This document shows, piece after piece, positions 47,900 to 62,613 of a stretch of DNA of 64,000 bases. The position numbers and the translations under genes were made by a program. Source of the DNA: Felis catus (lineage: Eukaryota); assembly GCF_018350175.1 (NCBI RefSeq), contig NC_058368.1, forward strand, positions 209,438,001 to 209,502,000. The letters run 5' to 3'. Each line of letters starts with the position of its first letter. Position 1 is the first letter of the stretch. A model generated the notes under the pieces. The model worked only from the letters and a program-made list of their open reading frames with translations, was not told the origin of the DNA and made no database searches.

Positions 47900-49860
47900 T
47901 GTGAACCCAACTCAAAAACATTTCCATAAACCTTTATTTCCCAATGCACTCCCCTTTCCCTTATTCCATCTTTCTGTTTCACTTCAAGGTAACCATTATC
48001 AGGAATTTTATAATTTTTTTTTGCTTAAAAAATGGTGTCAGCTGTATACTGTTCATAATTTTGCTTCATTTTCAACTTTCTAAAAGGTATTATAGTGGAC
48101 GTAGTCTTCTGTAGTCTTGCCTTGTTCACTCAACATTATGTCCCTAACTGTAATCCAGGTTGTTGCAAATGACTACATTTTATTCATTTGAACTGCTATA
48201 CAATAGCTACTGTGTGTCAATATTGCAATTAATTGATCTATTCTGAAGACAGGTTAATTACACTTTTTTAGTGGCACTAGCACGAGCACTCTTTTTATCT
48301 GTCTCCTGGCACACATATGCGAGGTTTTCTTGGGTATATACCTTCAAGTGGAACTGCTAGGTCACAGGATATATAAATGTTAACTTTATGAAATAATGCT
48401 ATATTTTTTCAATTTGGTTGTATTTTCTCAGTTAGTAGTAAAGAGATATGTTTAATCCATGTCTTCTCCCTCATTTGCTATCACCTGATTTCTCAATTTT
48501 TGCCAATGAAATGGGTGTAAGATATAGTGCTGATTTGTATTTCCCATATTAATAACGAGGTTGAACACCCTATAGGCCATATATGCTATTTCTTGTATGA
48601 AATGCCTAATCATGACTTTTACCTATTTTCCTACTTGGAAAATTATGTCGATTTGTAGGAGAGGAGTTCTTCACATACTCTAAGGATCCTTTCTTACACA
48701 TGTGTATCAAATATCATTTCCTAGTTTGTGACTTGTGTTAAGATGTCTTTTGATTAAAAAATTGTACTTCATTCTAATGCAATGAAATTCATCAATCTTT
48801 TAAGGTTAATGGTTTTGGAACTTGTTTAAGAAATCCTTTAGAAATCTTTCCCTACAGAAAGGTCAAAAATATATTCACATATATTTTCTTCTAAAAGTTT
48901 TAAAGATTTTCTTTAATCTAATATGATGTGATTACTGAGTTAAAGTAGCAATCAATTCTTTCTTTTTTAATTTATATTCAGGTTAGTTAACATACAGTGT
49001 AGTTTTGGCTTCGGAAATAGAACCCAGTGATTCATCTCTTACATATGACACCCGGCCCTCAAAAAGTATCCTCAGTAACGCCTGTTACCCATTCAACACC
49101 CCCTGCCCAGCAATCCTGTTTGTTCTTTATACTTAAGAGTCTCTTAATGGTTTGCCTCCCTGTTTTTATCTTATTTTTCCTTCCCTTATGATCATCTGTT
49201 GAGATTCTCAAATTCCACGGGTGAAATCATATATCTTTCTCTATTTTGCTTAGCATAGTATCCTCCAGTTCCACCCATGTTGTTGCAAATGGCAAGATTT
49301 CATTCTTTTTCATCACTAAGTAGTATTCCATTGTGTGTGTGTGTGTGTACACACCGCATCTTCTTTATCCATTCGTCAGGTAATGGACATTTGGGCTCTT
49401 TCCATAATTTGGTGACTGTTGATAGTGCTGCTATAAAACACTGGGGTACATGGGCCCCTTCAAATCAGCATTTCTGTATATTTTGGATAAATTCCTAGCA
49501 GTACAACTGCTGGGTCATAAGGTAGTTCTATCTAAAAAAAAAAAAAAAATTCCTTATGGATAAGCCAATTTTCCCAGCCCTATTTACTGATAAGTCTATC
49601 TTTCTCCCCATTAACTGCAGTGCCACTTTTGTTTTATAGTAAGTATACCCCTTCTATGTGGAGGCTGATTTCTGGGCTCTGCATCTTGTTCCTTTGGTCC
49701 ATTTAGTACCACACTATCTTAACTACTGTATCCTTAAAACTGAGTCCTTATATTTGGTTAGGCAAGGTAGTGCTCCTGCATTTTCAGACATGACAACTGT
49801 CTTCAGTTCTTTGCTTTTCCACATATATTTTACAATCATCTCAACATATCTATGACTATT
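47900..49860 (-). mobile_element. Old L1 fragments with a nested carnivore L1 3' piece (about 48960-49530)
   Basis: L1 motifs gttgttgcaaatggcaagatttcattctttt and ggacatttgggctctttccataattt. Confidence 0.75.
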
Positions 49861-50202
49861 TTTTTCCTTTCTTTTTCATTTTTTATGGTATTCTTCTTTT
49901 TCTTCTTCTTTTTTTTAAGCAGGCTCCACACCCAATGTGGGGCTCGAACTCATGACCCTGAGATCAAGAGCCACATGCTCTACTGAGCCAGCCAGGGGCC
50001 CCTGATGACTATTTTTTTTTCTTTTTTTATGAGATCTCGCTGAACATTTTTCCATTTTGCATGATTTTCATTTTAGTTTGTAGTTACTGTCATATTTTAT
50101 TCCGAGCTTATTGGAAGTTATCATTCAAAGGCATTAAATGTTATCAAAAATTTTCCCTGTGTCCCTGAAATGACTACTTATTTCTTCTTCTTTAGTGTTA
50201 AA

Positions 50203-50203
<1 letters not shown>

Positions 50204-50260
<57 letters not shown>
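50204..50260. repeat. (CA)n microsatellite
   Basis: Directly visible in the sequence. Confidence 0.95.
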
Positions 50261-50262
<2 letters not shown>

Positions 50263-51063
50263 ATGTTAAACCAGCATTACACTTACACATGCATAAATGC
50301 ATGTATATACATAAAAAGATGTGTGCACACACACACACATCTTTATACATCTTATTTTTGATACATTTCAAAGTAAATTGTAGACAATATACTCCCCCCC
50401 TCCTTTTCCCTTTCAAGATAAAATTTACATGAAATGACTTATATATTTGCTCAGTTTTGTTAAGTGCATTCATCATTACAACTCAAACTCCTATCAGGAT
50501 ACAGATCATAAAAAAACAAAAAACATTAAAAGGGGCGCCTGGGTGGTTCAGTTGGTTATGTGTCCAACTCTTGATCTCAGCTCAGGTCTTGATCTCAGGA
50601 TTGTGAGTTCAAGCCCTATGCTGGGTTCCATGCTAGGTGTGAAGCTTACTTAAAAAAAAAAAAAAAATACAGAACAGTGATCTACATCTTTAGCTTATAT
50701 CAGAATCATCTGGAGAGACCATTAAAACACAGAATGATGGGCCCACCTTAGAGTTATTGAGGTAAAGCCTTAGAACTCATATTTCTAACAAGTTGCAGGT
50801 AATTTCAGTAACTTTTAGAACCACTAATATAGACCATTACCATTATCCCTGAAAATTCCCTCATGTTGGGGCACCTGGGTGGCTCAGTCAGTTATGCGCC
50901 TGACTTCGGCTCAGGTCATGATCTCACAGTTCATGGGGTTGAGCCCCACATAGGGCTCTATGCTGACAGTCTGGAGCCTAGAGCCTGCTTTGCTGCGTCT
51001 CCCTCTCTCTCTGCCCCTCCCCCACTCCCTCTCTGTCTCTCTGAAAAATAAAACATTAAAAAG

Positions 51064-51213
<150 letters not shown>

Positions 51214-51499
51214 GTTCCTTCATGTTACTTTCCAGTCAATCTCTGAATCCAGCAATCGCTCTTCTGAGTTTTTCAGATACAGATTAATTTTGCCTCTCCT
51301 AGAACTTCATATAGATGGAATCAGAATATGTACTGTTCTGTGTAAGGCTTCCTTCACTCTGCATAATATTTTTATTGTGCTCAAGTTGTATGTATCATCA
51401 GTTTGTTTCTTTACGATGTGAATACTATTAAATTGTGAGGCTATATCATTATTTTTATCCATTCACTGGTTGACAGAGACGGTATTTGATTATAAACAG

Positions 51500-52298
51500 A
51501 AACGAAACTGCTCCTTAAACACTTTACTTAGAAATCTCCTCAGCTAAATATCCAATTTCATGCTTGAAGTTCTACCTTTCACAAAACACTAGAACAAGAA
51601 CACAGCTCAGCCAAGTTCTTTGCCTCTTTATAACAAGGACTGCCTTTTCTCTGTTGTCCAATAGCAAGTTCCTCATTTCTACCTGAGACCTTATCAAAAT
51701 GGCCTTTACTGTCCATATTTCTACCAACATTCTGTACAAGATTGTATTTATTCTCTAAGAAGACAAAAGCTTTCCCTACAGCTTCTTTTCTCTCTGAGCC
51801 CTCATCAGAACTGCCTTTAAATGTCTCTTCATAGCGGTATCAGCTTCTTCTAGTATGCACCTCAAAACTTTGCTAGTCTCTACTGATTACCCAATTCCAA
51901 AGCCACTTTCACATTATTTGTTTCAGCAGCATCTTACTTTTGGTTCCAATTTCTGTCTTAGCTTGGTCTTAGCTTCCAATTTCTGTCTTTGCTGCTATAA
52001 CAAATACCACATACTAGGTGGTATGAGAAATTTATTTCTCATAGTTCTGGAATCAAGGTGCCAGCATATTCCGATGAAGATCCTCATTCTGGCTTGCAGA
52101 TGGCTGTTTTCTTATGTCCTCATTTGGCAGAGAGCAGACAGATCTCTCTTGTGTCTCTTCTTAGGAGGGTACTATTCTGATTCATGCTGGCTCCACCCTC
52201 ATTACCTAATGATCTCTCAAAAGCTCCACTTCCTAATATCACACTAGGGATTAAGCTTCAACATATGAAGTTTGGAGACATATAAACATTCCATAGCA
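51500..52298 (-). mobile_element. MaLR (MLT1A/MST-like) 5' LTR (about 51954-52298) plus the start of its internal region
   Basis: The minus strand begins TGCTATGGAATGTTT...TTCATATGTTGAAG. The LTR end is followed by gaaattgg... MaLR internal sequence. Confidence 0.8.
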
Positions 52299-52299
52299 T

Positions 52300-55200
52300 T
52301 CTCTGAGAAATCCTCTTGAGGAAGGAGTCCCATACTCTATGGAAAATATACTGTTAATCTTTTCCCCAACTTTCCCCAAAAGGACCTATGGTCCTTTATC
52401 AGGTTAACTGTACATTGGAGAAAAGGAAATTATCAGACCTTTTAGGGATTATTAGATGCTGGTTCTGAACTGACACTAATTCCAAGAGACCCTAAAGATC
52501 GCTGTGGCTCAGAGTGAAGGGTGGGTGATTAGAGGTCTGGTGGTCAATGGAGGTATAACTCTTGTCTGTTTCAGAGTGAGTCCAGTGGATCCCCAAACTC
52601 ATCTTATGATTATTTCCAAGTACCAAAACACAAAATTGGAATAAATATACTCAGCAGTTGACAGAATTCCTACATTGGTTCTTTGATCTGTGTAGTGAGG
52701 GTTATTACGGTGGGAAAGGCCAAGTGGAAACCATGAACCAGGAAAATAGTAAGTCAAAATACTACATTACACCAGGGACTATTGAGATTAGTGCTATCAT
52801 CAAAGACTGGAAGGATGCAAGGATGATAATTCCCACCAGATTCTCATTCAGCTCGCTCATTTGGCCTGGGCAGTAGACAGATGGATCTTGGGGAATGACA
52901 GTGGATTCACATAAGCTTAACGGGTAGTGATTCCAACTGCAGCTGCTGTACCAGATAAGGTATTATTACTTGAGCAAATTAATACATTCTTTGGTTACCT
53001 GGCACCTTCTGGCAGATGCTTTTTTCTCCATCCCCATCAAAGCCCACCAGAAGCACTTTGCTATCAGCAGGCAAGGCCAGCAATACACTGACTGCACTGC
53101 CCTACCTCGGGCGTATATTAACTCTCCAGTCCTATGTTATAATTCAGTTTGCAGGATCTTGATTACCTTTCCCTTTAATAAGATTATCACAGTGGTTCAT
53201 TACATTGATGATATTATGCTGACTATACTTGGTGAGCAAAAAGTAGCAACCACTCTAGACTTATTGATAAGACTTGTATGTGTCAGAGGGTAGGGAAATA
53301 AATCCAACAAAATTCAGGGTTCTTCTATTTCAGTGAAATTGCTGGGGTCCTAGTGGTGTGGGCTCTGTTAAGCTATCCCTTCTAAAGTGAAGGATAAGTT
53401 GTTGCATCTGGCGTCTCCTATGTATAACCAAAAAAAAAGAGGCACAATGGCTAGTGGGCTTTGGAGTTTGGAGGCAACAAATTCCTCATTTGGGTGTATT
53501 ACTCTGGCTCATTTACTGAGTGACCCAAGATGCTGCCTGTGCTGAGAGGGGCCCAGAACAGAAGAAGGCTGTGCAAGAGATCCAGGCTGCTATGCAAGTT
53601 GTTCTGCAGCATGGGTCAGATGATCCAATAGATCCAATGGTACTTTAAGTGTCAGTGGCAGATAGGGATACTGTTTCAAGTCTCTGGCAGGACCCCATAG
53701 GTGGACTGCATGCAGTACAAGCCCTTAGGATTTTGGAGCAAAGCATTATCGTCCTCCATGAATAACTACTCTCCTTTTGAAAAAGAGCTCTTGGCCTCTA
53801 CTGGGCCTTAGCAGATAACTGAATGCTTAGCCATGAGCCACCAAATTACCATGTGATCTGAGTTGCCCATCATGAACTGGGTATTACCTGACTCACCAAG
53901 ACATAAAATTGGGTACACACAGCAGCAGCATCAAACAGAAGCGGTATATATGTGACTGGGTGAGAGCACATCTAAAGGGTATAAGTAAATTACACGAAGA
54001 AGCAGCCCAAATGTCTATGGGTTCCTATTCCTGCTATACTTGCCTTTCTCTCTTCCAGCCTGTACCTATGGCTTCGTGGGGAATTCCCGGAGATCAACTC
54101 ACAAGGAAGAGAAGACTTAGGCCTGGTTTATAAATGGGTCTGCACAATATGTAGGACCATTCCAAAGTGGACATTTTGTAGCACCATCGCCTCTGTCTGG
54201 GACATCCTTGAAGGACAGTGGTGAAGGGAAATTCCCCCACTGAACAGAACTACGAGCAGTGCACCTGGCTATTCACTTTGCTTGGAAGAAGGAATGACCA
54301 GATATGTGATTACATATTGGTTCATGGGCTATGGCCAATGGTTTGGCTGGATGGTTAGGGACTTGGAAGGAAGATGATTAGAAAGTTAGTGACAAGGAAA
54401 TTTAGGAAAGAGGCATGTGGATAGATATCTCTGAATGCATATAAAATATAAGGGTATTTATGTCCCACACGAATGTTCACCAAAAGATGACCTCAGCAGA
54501 GGAGGATTTAAATAATCAAGTGGACTGGAGGACTCATTCCGTAGGTACCTTCTCTGAGGATATCAGCCTCTCTCCCCAACTACTCTTGTTCTTGCTCAAT
54601 GCACTCATGAACAAACTGTCCATGGTGGCAGGGATGGTGGTTACACATGGATTCAGGAACACAGATTTCTGTTCGGGAAGGCCAATGTGGCTGGCCCATG
54701 GCCACTGCTGAGTGCCAATCTGTCAGCAGTAGAGACCAACACCAAATCCCTGATGAGGAACCACTGAACCATTCCCTGGATGAACAGTCAGTTACTTTGT
54801 AAGCACGTTGATTACACTGGCAGATTTCCATAATGGAAGGGGCAGCATTTTGTTCTTACTGGAACAGATGCTTACGGTGGATACAGATTTGCCTTCTCTT
54901 CATGCAGTGCTTCTGCCAAAACTACCACTTGTAGCTGTATTAGAATGCCTTATCCACTGTCATGGTATTCTACACAGCATTACTTTTTATCAATCAAGGA
55001 GCTGGCTTGATAGAACATGGAATGGCCTTTTCAAGACTCAGGTATAGCACCAGATAGGTGGCAATATCTTGCATGGATGAGGCAAGATTCTACAGGAGGC
55101 TCTATATGCTCTGAATCAGCATCCAATATATGGCGCTGTTTAGCCCATTACCAGGATTCACAGTCTAGGAATTTTCAAGGGGTGGAAATGGGAGGGGCAT

Positions 55201-55774
55201 CACTCACAATTAACTCCTAGTGACCCACTAGCAAAATTTTCACTTCTGGCAACTTTATGCTTTGCTGACCTATAGGTCTTAGCTCCAAAAGGAGCTTCTA
55301 CTGGGAAACACAACAATAATCCCACTGAACTGGAAGTCAAGACTGTGACACAACTACTTTGGGCTCCTCATTCCTCTGAATCAACAGACAAAGAAAGGAA
55401 TCAGGGTACTATCTGGAGTGACTGATCCTGACTACCAAGGAGAGACTGGACTAATACTCTATAATGGAAGTAAGGAAGAGTCTGTCTGGAATACAGGAGA
55501 TCCTTTAGGACAACTCTTAGAATTACCATCTTCTGTGATTAAAGACAATGGAAAACTATAACAACCCAATTCAGGCAGGACTACTAATGGTACAGACCCT
55601 TCATGAATGAAGGTATGGGTCACCCCACCATAATGAAAACCAGGTGAGGTACTTGTTGAAGGCGAAGGGAATACAGAGAGTAGGCAGTAGAAGAAGGCAG
55701 CTATGACCACATTACAAGGTATAGAAGTGAGAATTTTAGTTGTCATAAGCATTTCCTACTTATTTTGTTATGAA

Positions 55775-55817
<43 letters not shown>

Positions 55818-56224
55818 TGTGTGTGTGTGTGTCCAGAGACAGAGGAGAAGAGAAGAGGAGTGGAGAAAGAGCAAATAACGCCCCCTCCCCGCCTTTTTTT
55901 ACCCCAGTCTGACACCATGGCTCCCTCCCACTGCTCACTTTTTCTCCCCTTTTATTCCCCTACCATATGACATAAAAAGTATGGACTTCATATCATAGTA
56001 GTTAAGTGTCGTTAATTATAGTATTTAAGTTACTGGGTATCAGGAGAAGAGTAAACATCACTCAAGGACTTTACTTTTTCTTATGGGAAAGATGTTAGTG
56101 CATTTTCAGTTCTATGCAGGATAGCTGTATCATGTTAGATGGAACTATGATCTCATTGTTGTTATTTGGAAATGAAGTATGGTTTAAAGAGATATACACA
56201 GGTGCCATGTTGACAAAGGGGATG
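52300..56224 (+). mobile_element. Decayed ERV-L internal region (pro, RT, RNase H, IN, dUTPase), antisense to NIPBL
   Basis: Protease-like LLDAGSELTLIP at about 52448. RT motifs ADAFFSIP and HYIDDIML in ORF 52970..53293. RNase H-like SHTNVHQ at 54460. dUTPase-like GVTDPDYQGE at about 55415. Many stops and frameshifts. Purine tract before the LTR. Confidence 0.9.
55777..55831. repeat. (TG)n microsatellite inside the ERV-L
   Basis: Directly visible in the sequence. Confidence 0.95.
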
Positions 56225-56707
56225 TGTGATAGTTAATTTTATGTGTCAACTTGACTAGGTCAAGGGATACCTGATTATTTGGTTAAACATCACTTCTGGG
56301 TTAAAAAAAAAAAAATTCTGAGTACTGGTGAGGGTGTTTCTAGATGCGATTCGCACCTGAATTCATGGACTCAGTAAAGCAGATCACCCTCTCCAATGTG
56401 GGTGGTCATCACACAATCGGCTGAGGGCCTGAATAGAACACAAGGTAGACAAAGGAGGAAATCAACTATTCTCTGACTACCTGAGTTGGGACATCAGTCT
56501 CCTCTTGCACTCAAATTGGGATTTATACCATCAGCTACCCTGGTTCAGGCCTTCAGATACAAACTAAACTATACCCAGGGGCTCTTCTAAGCCTCCAGCT
56601 TGCAGACAGCCTCCATAACTGAATGAACCAATTCCTTGCAATAAATCCTTTTCTCTCTCCTCCTCTCAGTATTCTATTGGTTCTCCTTCTCTGGAGAACC
56701 CAATACA
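56225..56707 (+). mobile_element. MLT2-type 3' LTR of the ERV-L
   Basis: TGTGATAGTTAATTTTATGTGTCAACTTGACTAGG ... TCTCTGGAGAACCCAATACA, with TG...CA ends and an internal AATAAA at about 56640. Confidence 0.9.
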
Positions 56708-57425
56708 TGTCCCTTCCATGTCAATTCCTGGCCCTCTGAAACGACTCCTTTGAGTTTTTCCAATATAGATGAGTTTTAGCCTCTCCTAGAACTTCATATA
56801 AATGGAATCAGAATATGACTCTTATGTGTAAGTCTTCTTTACTCTGTGTAATGTTTTCATTATTCATCTAAGTTGCTGTATGTTTCAGTAGTCTGTTCCT
56901 TTATGATGTGGAGTACTATTAAATTATATGAATATATTAGTTTTCCTAATCATCCATTGGTTGTTAAAGTTTTGACTGTAAACTTTAAGGAGATCTCATT
57001 TTAGATTACAAAGGCCAGGAATGCATGAAATATGGGTTATTCAAGGTTTTTCATTGCTTATATTTTCTTATAAACTAAAAAAGGACCATTGAGTGGCACT
57101 AGAAAATCAATTCAATTTCTGTGTACCCTGTCATAGTGGTTTAAACTAAATGGACTACTGTTTAGAAAAAAGAAAAAAATCTATCTACCTAAGGACTTTC
57201 ATGATAGAAATTTTTCTTTTATGTGCTATCGAAAAATGACAAAAACCTATGGAATCATTAAAAGTTTTAAAACTATGAATTCATTAAAGGTTATAAATTA
57301 TAGGGAACAAATCTGCATATATTTAAAGTGTGTGTATACATAGCATACTAACAAAATTTAGTTGGTAGACAGAGTTTGGGGCATGTCTGAATTTGAAGGT
57401 GTTTCATATAGTACTCTAAGTTTCC

Positions 57426-57472
<47 letters not shown>

Positions 57473-58974
57473 AAGAAAGAAAGAAAGAAAGAAAAAATAA
57501 AAAAACTTCCATGAATTGGAAATCAATGACCTATAAGAAACTCACTCAACACAAAAACAATAAAAATGAGAAATAGCAGAAACTAAAGAGAATGGAATAT
57601 GTAAATGAGCTCATGTGGACATAGTTAAGTATGCTAATTCTTTTTTAGAAAAACGTTTATTTTTTGAGAGAGCACGCAAGCAGGGGAGGGGCACAGAGAG
57701 AGAGAAAGAGAGAGAATCTCAAGTAGGCTGTATGGTGCCAGTGCAGAGCCCGACATGGGGCTCAATCCCATGAACTGTGAGATCATGACCTGAGCCCAAA
57801 TCAAGAGTCAGATGCTGAATGGAATGAGCCACCCAGGCATCTGGTGCTCATTATTCTTTAAAAAGAAAAAAAAAAAAGAAGGGGTGGGTTTGGTGCTCGG
57901 GTGGCTCAGTCGGTTAAGCGTTCAACTTCGGCTCAGGTCATGATCTCATGGTTCATGGGCTTGAGCCCTGTGTTGGGTTCTGTGCTGACTGCTCAGAGCC
58001 TGGAAACTGCTTCAGATTCTGTGTCTCTCTCTGTGCCACTCCCCTGCTTGCACTCTCTCTCTCTCTCTCAAAAATAATCATTTAAAAATTAAAAAAACAA
58101 CTTTTTTTTAAACTCTACCCACAACATGGGGCTTAAACTCATGACCCTGAGATCAAGAGATACATGCTCTATCAACTGAGCCAGCCAGGTGCCCCCATGT
58201 GTGCTAATTATTCTTGACTCAAGAATTTCCAATGATTCTTCTAGTAGTACATTCTCTATATTCTTCCTAGCCTCTCAAAATTTATGCATGTATGTTGCTA
58301 CAACCATTAAGAGTGGTTACGTCTCTGTTAACGTGTATCTATATTAAATATTTTTTAGCTTTACTTCTTTCATTAAACTAAATTCTGCTAGTCTAATAAC
58401 TATCACAAAGTCACAGTGTCATTGGCAAACTAAACTTGTCAGAAACTAAAGAAGTTACATAATACTGAGAAAGGATTAAAGGACTGAATGAACAACTAGC
58501 TAAAGAAGACTAGAAAGTAAAGATATAAGAAACATAAAACTTACTGCTAAGAGATTATAAATCTAGTCATCTCCTTTCTGTTTTCAATTTGCCAATAATA
58601 TATACAGATATTATCTTAGATCCTTTTTTGGAATACTAAATAATGACATTTCTGACAGCTACAATTAATTCTTACTCATTTATTGTAATTATTAAATGAA
58701 ATATGTGGTTGTAGAGTCTTCTAGAAATTATTATGTCCCCTTTGGAATAATGGCTGACATAAATGTAACTAAGATAGTTACAAGGCTCTGTAATACAGAG
58801 CTAATTATTTGACTTAGGAGGGAAATGATACCAAATATATTATGTAAAATTATGAAATAAAAGATGATTTATGGAAGACGATTTAGGAAGAGAGCCTAAG
58901 ATATCATAGATTGAAGAATATAAGCAAATACCATGAAGATGTTTAAAAAAGGCATCTTAAAATTTTTTTTAAAG

Positions 58975-61220
58975 CAACATATTACTCCACACCATCAGAT
59001 GGCTAAACTTAAAAATACTGACAAAAACCAAGAGTATTGGTGAGAATGTAGAGCAAATGGAATGTTGCTGGTAGAAAGGCAAAATGGATCAGCCATTTTG
59101 GAAAAAGTCTGGCAGTTTCTCACTCACCACATGATCCAGCAATCACTCAGGAATTTACCCAAGAAATATGAAAACACACATCCACATAAGAACTTGGCAC
59201 ACAAATATTCCTAGCAGCATTATTCAGAATAGTCCAAACTGGGAACACAAAAGTCCATAAATTTGTGAATTCATAAAGAGATTATAATACATCTATACTA
59301 TTGATACTAGCCAGCAATAAAAATATTAATATACCAGCAACATTCTGTTAATTAAAAGACAAGACAAACACACAAAAAACTACATGCTGCATGATTCCAC
59401 TGATATGAAATTGGACAAAAGGTATTAACTGCAGCGACAAAAAGTAGACCAGTGGTTTCCTATGGCCAAGGGAAGAGGAACAATTACAAAGAGGCACGAA
59501 GAAGCTTTTAAGGGTGATATTCTATATTTATCTTGATTGTGCCTCAATAAAACAATTTTGGTTGACTGTTAAAAATATCGCTAGTTTTATTACTAAAAAT
59601 ACTGCAAAACATACAGAAGTGAACAAAAACAAATGGACTTAACTAGACAGCAGATTGTTGATATAACAGAAAAAATTTATTTCAAGATAGACTAATTTTT
59701 TTAAAGTATTTTTTTAATGTTTATTTTTTTAATTTTGAGAGTGAGAGCATAAGTGGGGGATGGGGAAAGAGAGAATCCCAAGCAGACTCTGCACTGCCAG
59801 CATGGAGCCTGACCCCACAACTAAAAGATCATGACCTCAGCCAAAATCAATACTTGATGCATAACTGACTGAGCCTACCAGGCACCCCAAGATAGACTTA
59901 ATAATATATTTTTAGTGGGCTATACATAAACATAAATGCAAAGAAATCTTAAACTGTATCCAATAATGTTACTGTTAATATTAGTTGGGCAAAGCAAATA
60001 AGAAATTATGTTCCTTTCCTTTGGAACTAAGATTTTTAGCCTAAAGGAAAGAATAATACAATCAAAGAAGGAGACTTTCATAATCTTAAATTTGAATTAA
60101 AAAAAAATCAATATAAATTCTTGATTTATTTTTACCTTTCTAAAAAAGACATGTTTTCTAGCTCTACCTTTTGGAAAAGGCCCAAAGCTATGATAACCCA
60201 TTAGCAAAGGACATCCATGGCATCCAGATTCTTCTACCTGAAGGGATTAGGGCTCTTTGGAAAAATGGCTGATTTCAGGTTTGGGGCAGAAAATATACAA
60301 GTTAAGTCAGGTCACCTTGTAGAGGCAAAAAGTAACCAGGTGACAAAAGAGTAACAAGGTTATAGCAAAAGGATACAAGACCAACTTGGAGGGACTACCA
60401 CTGGGCAAAGATGGGACAATCTAAACTTCAAAAAGAATTATGATTAAGATAAATTGAAATACAAAGGCATACAAATCTATTCACTCACACTAATATTAAA
60501 AAATGAATAGACTCATTATAATAGGTGCACCAGGTTGACAACACCTAAACTGAAAGATCACTGAAAATGGATGACTAAACGTTATGTGCCTCCTACTGTG
60601 ACGCTGTATTATTCGCATCATTTATGAAGTATTCTTGTCCCCTACTCCCAAGATTGAACTTCAATATTATTAAGGCTCTAGATCTAATGAAGAGTTTACA
60701 GAAAAAAATGGTGAATAGAGGAACAACTTAAATGACATTAGAAGGAAAAGATCCATGAAATCTACAATGTGGGACATTCTATAGGAAAACACATTTCCAT
60801 TTCTATAGGAAAAGGGGGGCGTGAGGGATCGACTAGCATAGATTTAAGAGACCTAAGAGCCGTATTAACCAAAGCAACTGCAAACTAACTATACAAATGC
60901 ATTTTTGAGACGATTAGGGAAATATGAACATTGAAATAAGTATTAGAGTTGGGGGGAATAACATTAATCTTTGTTTTGATACAGATGATAATGATATTCT
61001 GGTTATTTTTTTACAGTAATTTCTGTTAGAGATAGATACTAAAACGTTTATGGTGAAATGATATAAAGTATGAGATTTGCTTCAAAAGTATTACAGCCAG
61101 AAAATAATAATAAAAAAACGAAAGGAGAGGGATTAGAGATGAAATAAGGCTAGGGAAATGCTGACAGTTCTTGAAGCTGGGTGATGAGTATTTCTATTTA
61201 AAAATTTGTGAAATAAAAAA
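58975..61220 (+). mobile_element. Old L1M 3' fragments (about 58975-59530 and 60100-61220)
   Basis: tattggtgagaatgtagagcaaatggaa, tgatccagcaatc...ggaatttaccc and ttgaagctgggtgatgagta. Confidence 0.7.
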
Positions 61221-61668
61221 ATTCATTGGGAGATAAATATTCCCATATATGAAATTTTTCAAGAACACTAATTATGCTTTAATTCTGCACTATTACAGGA
61301 AATTCTACACATTTCATAACAAGCAAAATAATGCAAATATATAGTTAATGCAATCTTTAAATCTGTTTGTAAATCTCATGTCTATCATATAGATTAAAGG
61401 GATAAGAAAAAAAATATCTGGAAGGAAGTGAAGATAGAATTTCAACTACTGATTTAGAAAAATTATTTATAACAGTCAGTGGAATAATTGCTTAAATAGG
61501 GATATTAACCAAAACATTCAGCTTAATAAACTGAAATAAATTTTCCCTACCAAAAGGCAAATACTTAAAAATAACTGAAAAGGTTCTTTTAAATCATAAA
61601 ATCTACAAAGAACTGCCCTTCTATTAAATTTCATGTTATCTGTTATCAAGAGTCAAAATAACACTCAC

Positions 61669-61722
61669 GTTTTGAAGGAGTTGCTCAAACCAGTCATAGC
61701 CAGTATCTCTGCATGCTGCAAC
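61669..61722 (-). CDS. NIPBL: NIPBL exon 32 equivalent, 54 bp
   Basis: ttag|GTTGCAGCA...CAAAAC|gtgagt; encodes VAACRDTGYDWFEQLLQN. Confidence 0.95.
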
Positions 61723-62613
61723 CTAAGTGGGAAAATATGGTGAAACTATCAAAATTAAGAATTTACTTAAAAATCTGAAAAACAAAAAACAAAAACTTTG
61801 CTATGATTTAGTGTGAGGTAAATAAATGTCTCAATTAAAAAAAATTATTTTAAAGTAAACTATTCTTTAAGTAAGCCAATAATTTATCAATGTTAAATAA
61901 TTTTATTCTAAAAATATCTTAGAATACATTCAAGAAATTAGTTTAATATATTGAAGTTAAATACGATATTATAGGGAAAGTGGGTTGGGGGATGAGGAAT
62001 GAAATAGGTGATGGGGATTAAGGAGTGCATTTTTGTGATGAGCACCAGGTGTCGTATGGAAGTGTTCAATCACTGTATTGTACAACTGAAACTAGTATTA
62101 CACTGTATGTTAACTAACTGGAATTTAAATAGAAACTTAAAAACATGGTGTTACATTTTGAATAGTAACTTGTACTGGTCAGAAACACGTGTAACGTTTA
62201 AAACAACACAAATAGAAATGTTTGCTTATTATTTTCCTTCTACATAGCAGATATAAAGATATGAGTGAAAGAGATATAAATCTGTAATTGATAATAGAAA
62301 ATTTATGTTCAAAACATAAAAAGTATTCTGGGCAAAAAATATTTATAGCTCATGTGTATAATTAAACATAATGAAACTAATCTTAATTCACGTTTTCTGG
62401 AAAAGTACTATCTCATTTTAGGCTGCTATCCCTGGGCTATTGTTACCTATTCATCTACTTCTCCTTCCCCTGTCAGTTTTCAATCACTGGAGGAATCTGG
62501 AGAATTTCAGTATCAGCGCTTAAGTCAACAAATGCTAATAAGGAGGGCTATGCAGAAACATCAATCTCATCTTCCTTGCATCCCTTGAGTATCTCCAGAA
62601 TGTAAGGGAAGTA

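Noticed and set aside
52658..55220. RT/integrase-like ORFs as a functional or domesticated retroviral gene
   Set aside because: Frequent stops and frameshifts leave no fragment much above 100 aa, and the protease DTG motif reads DAG.
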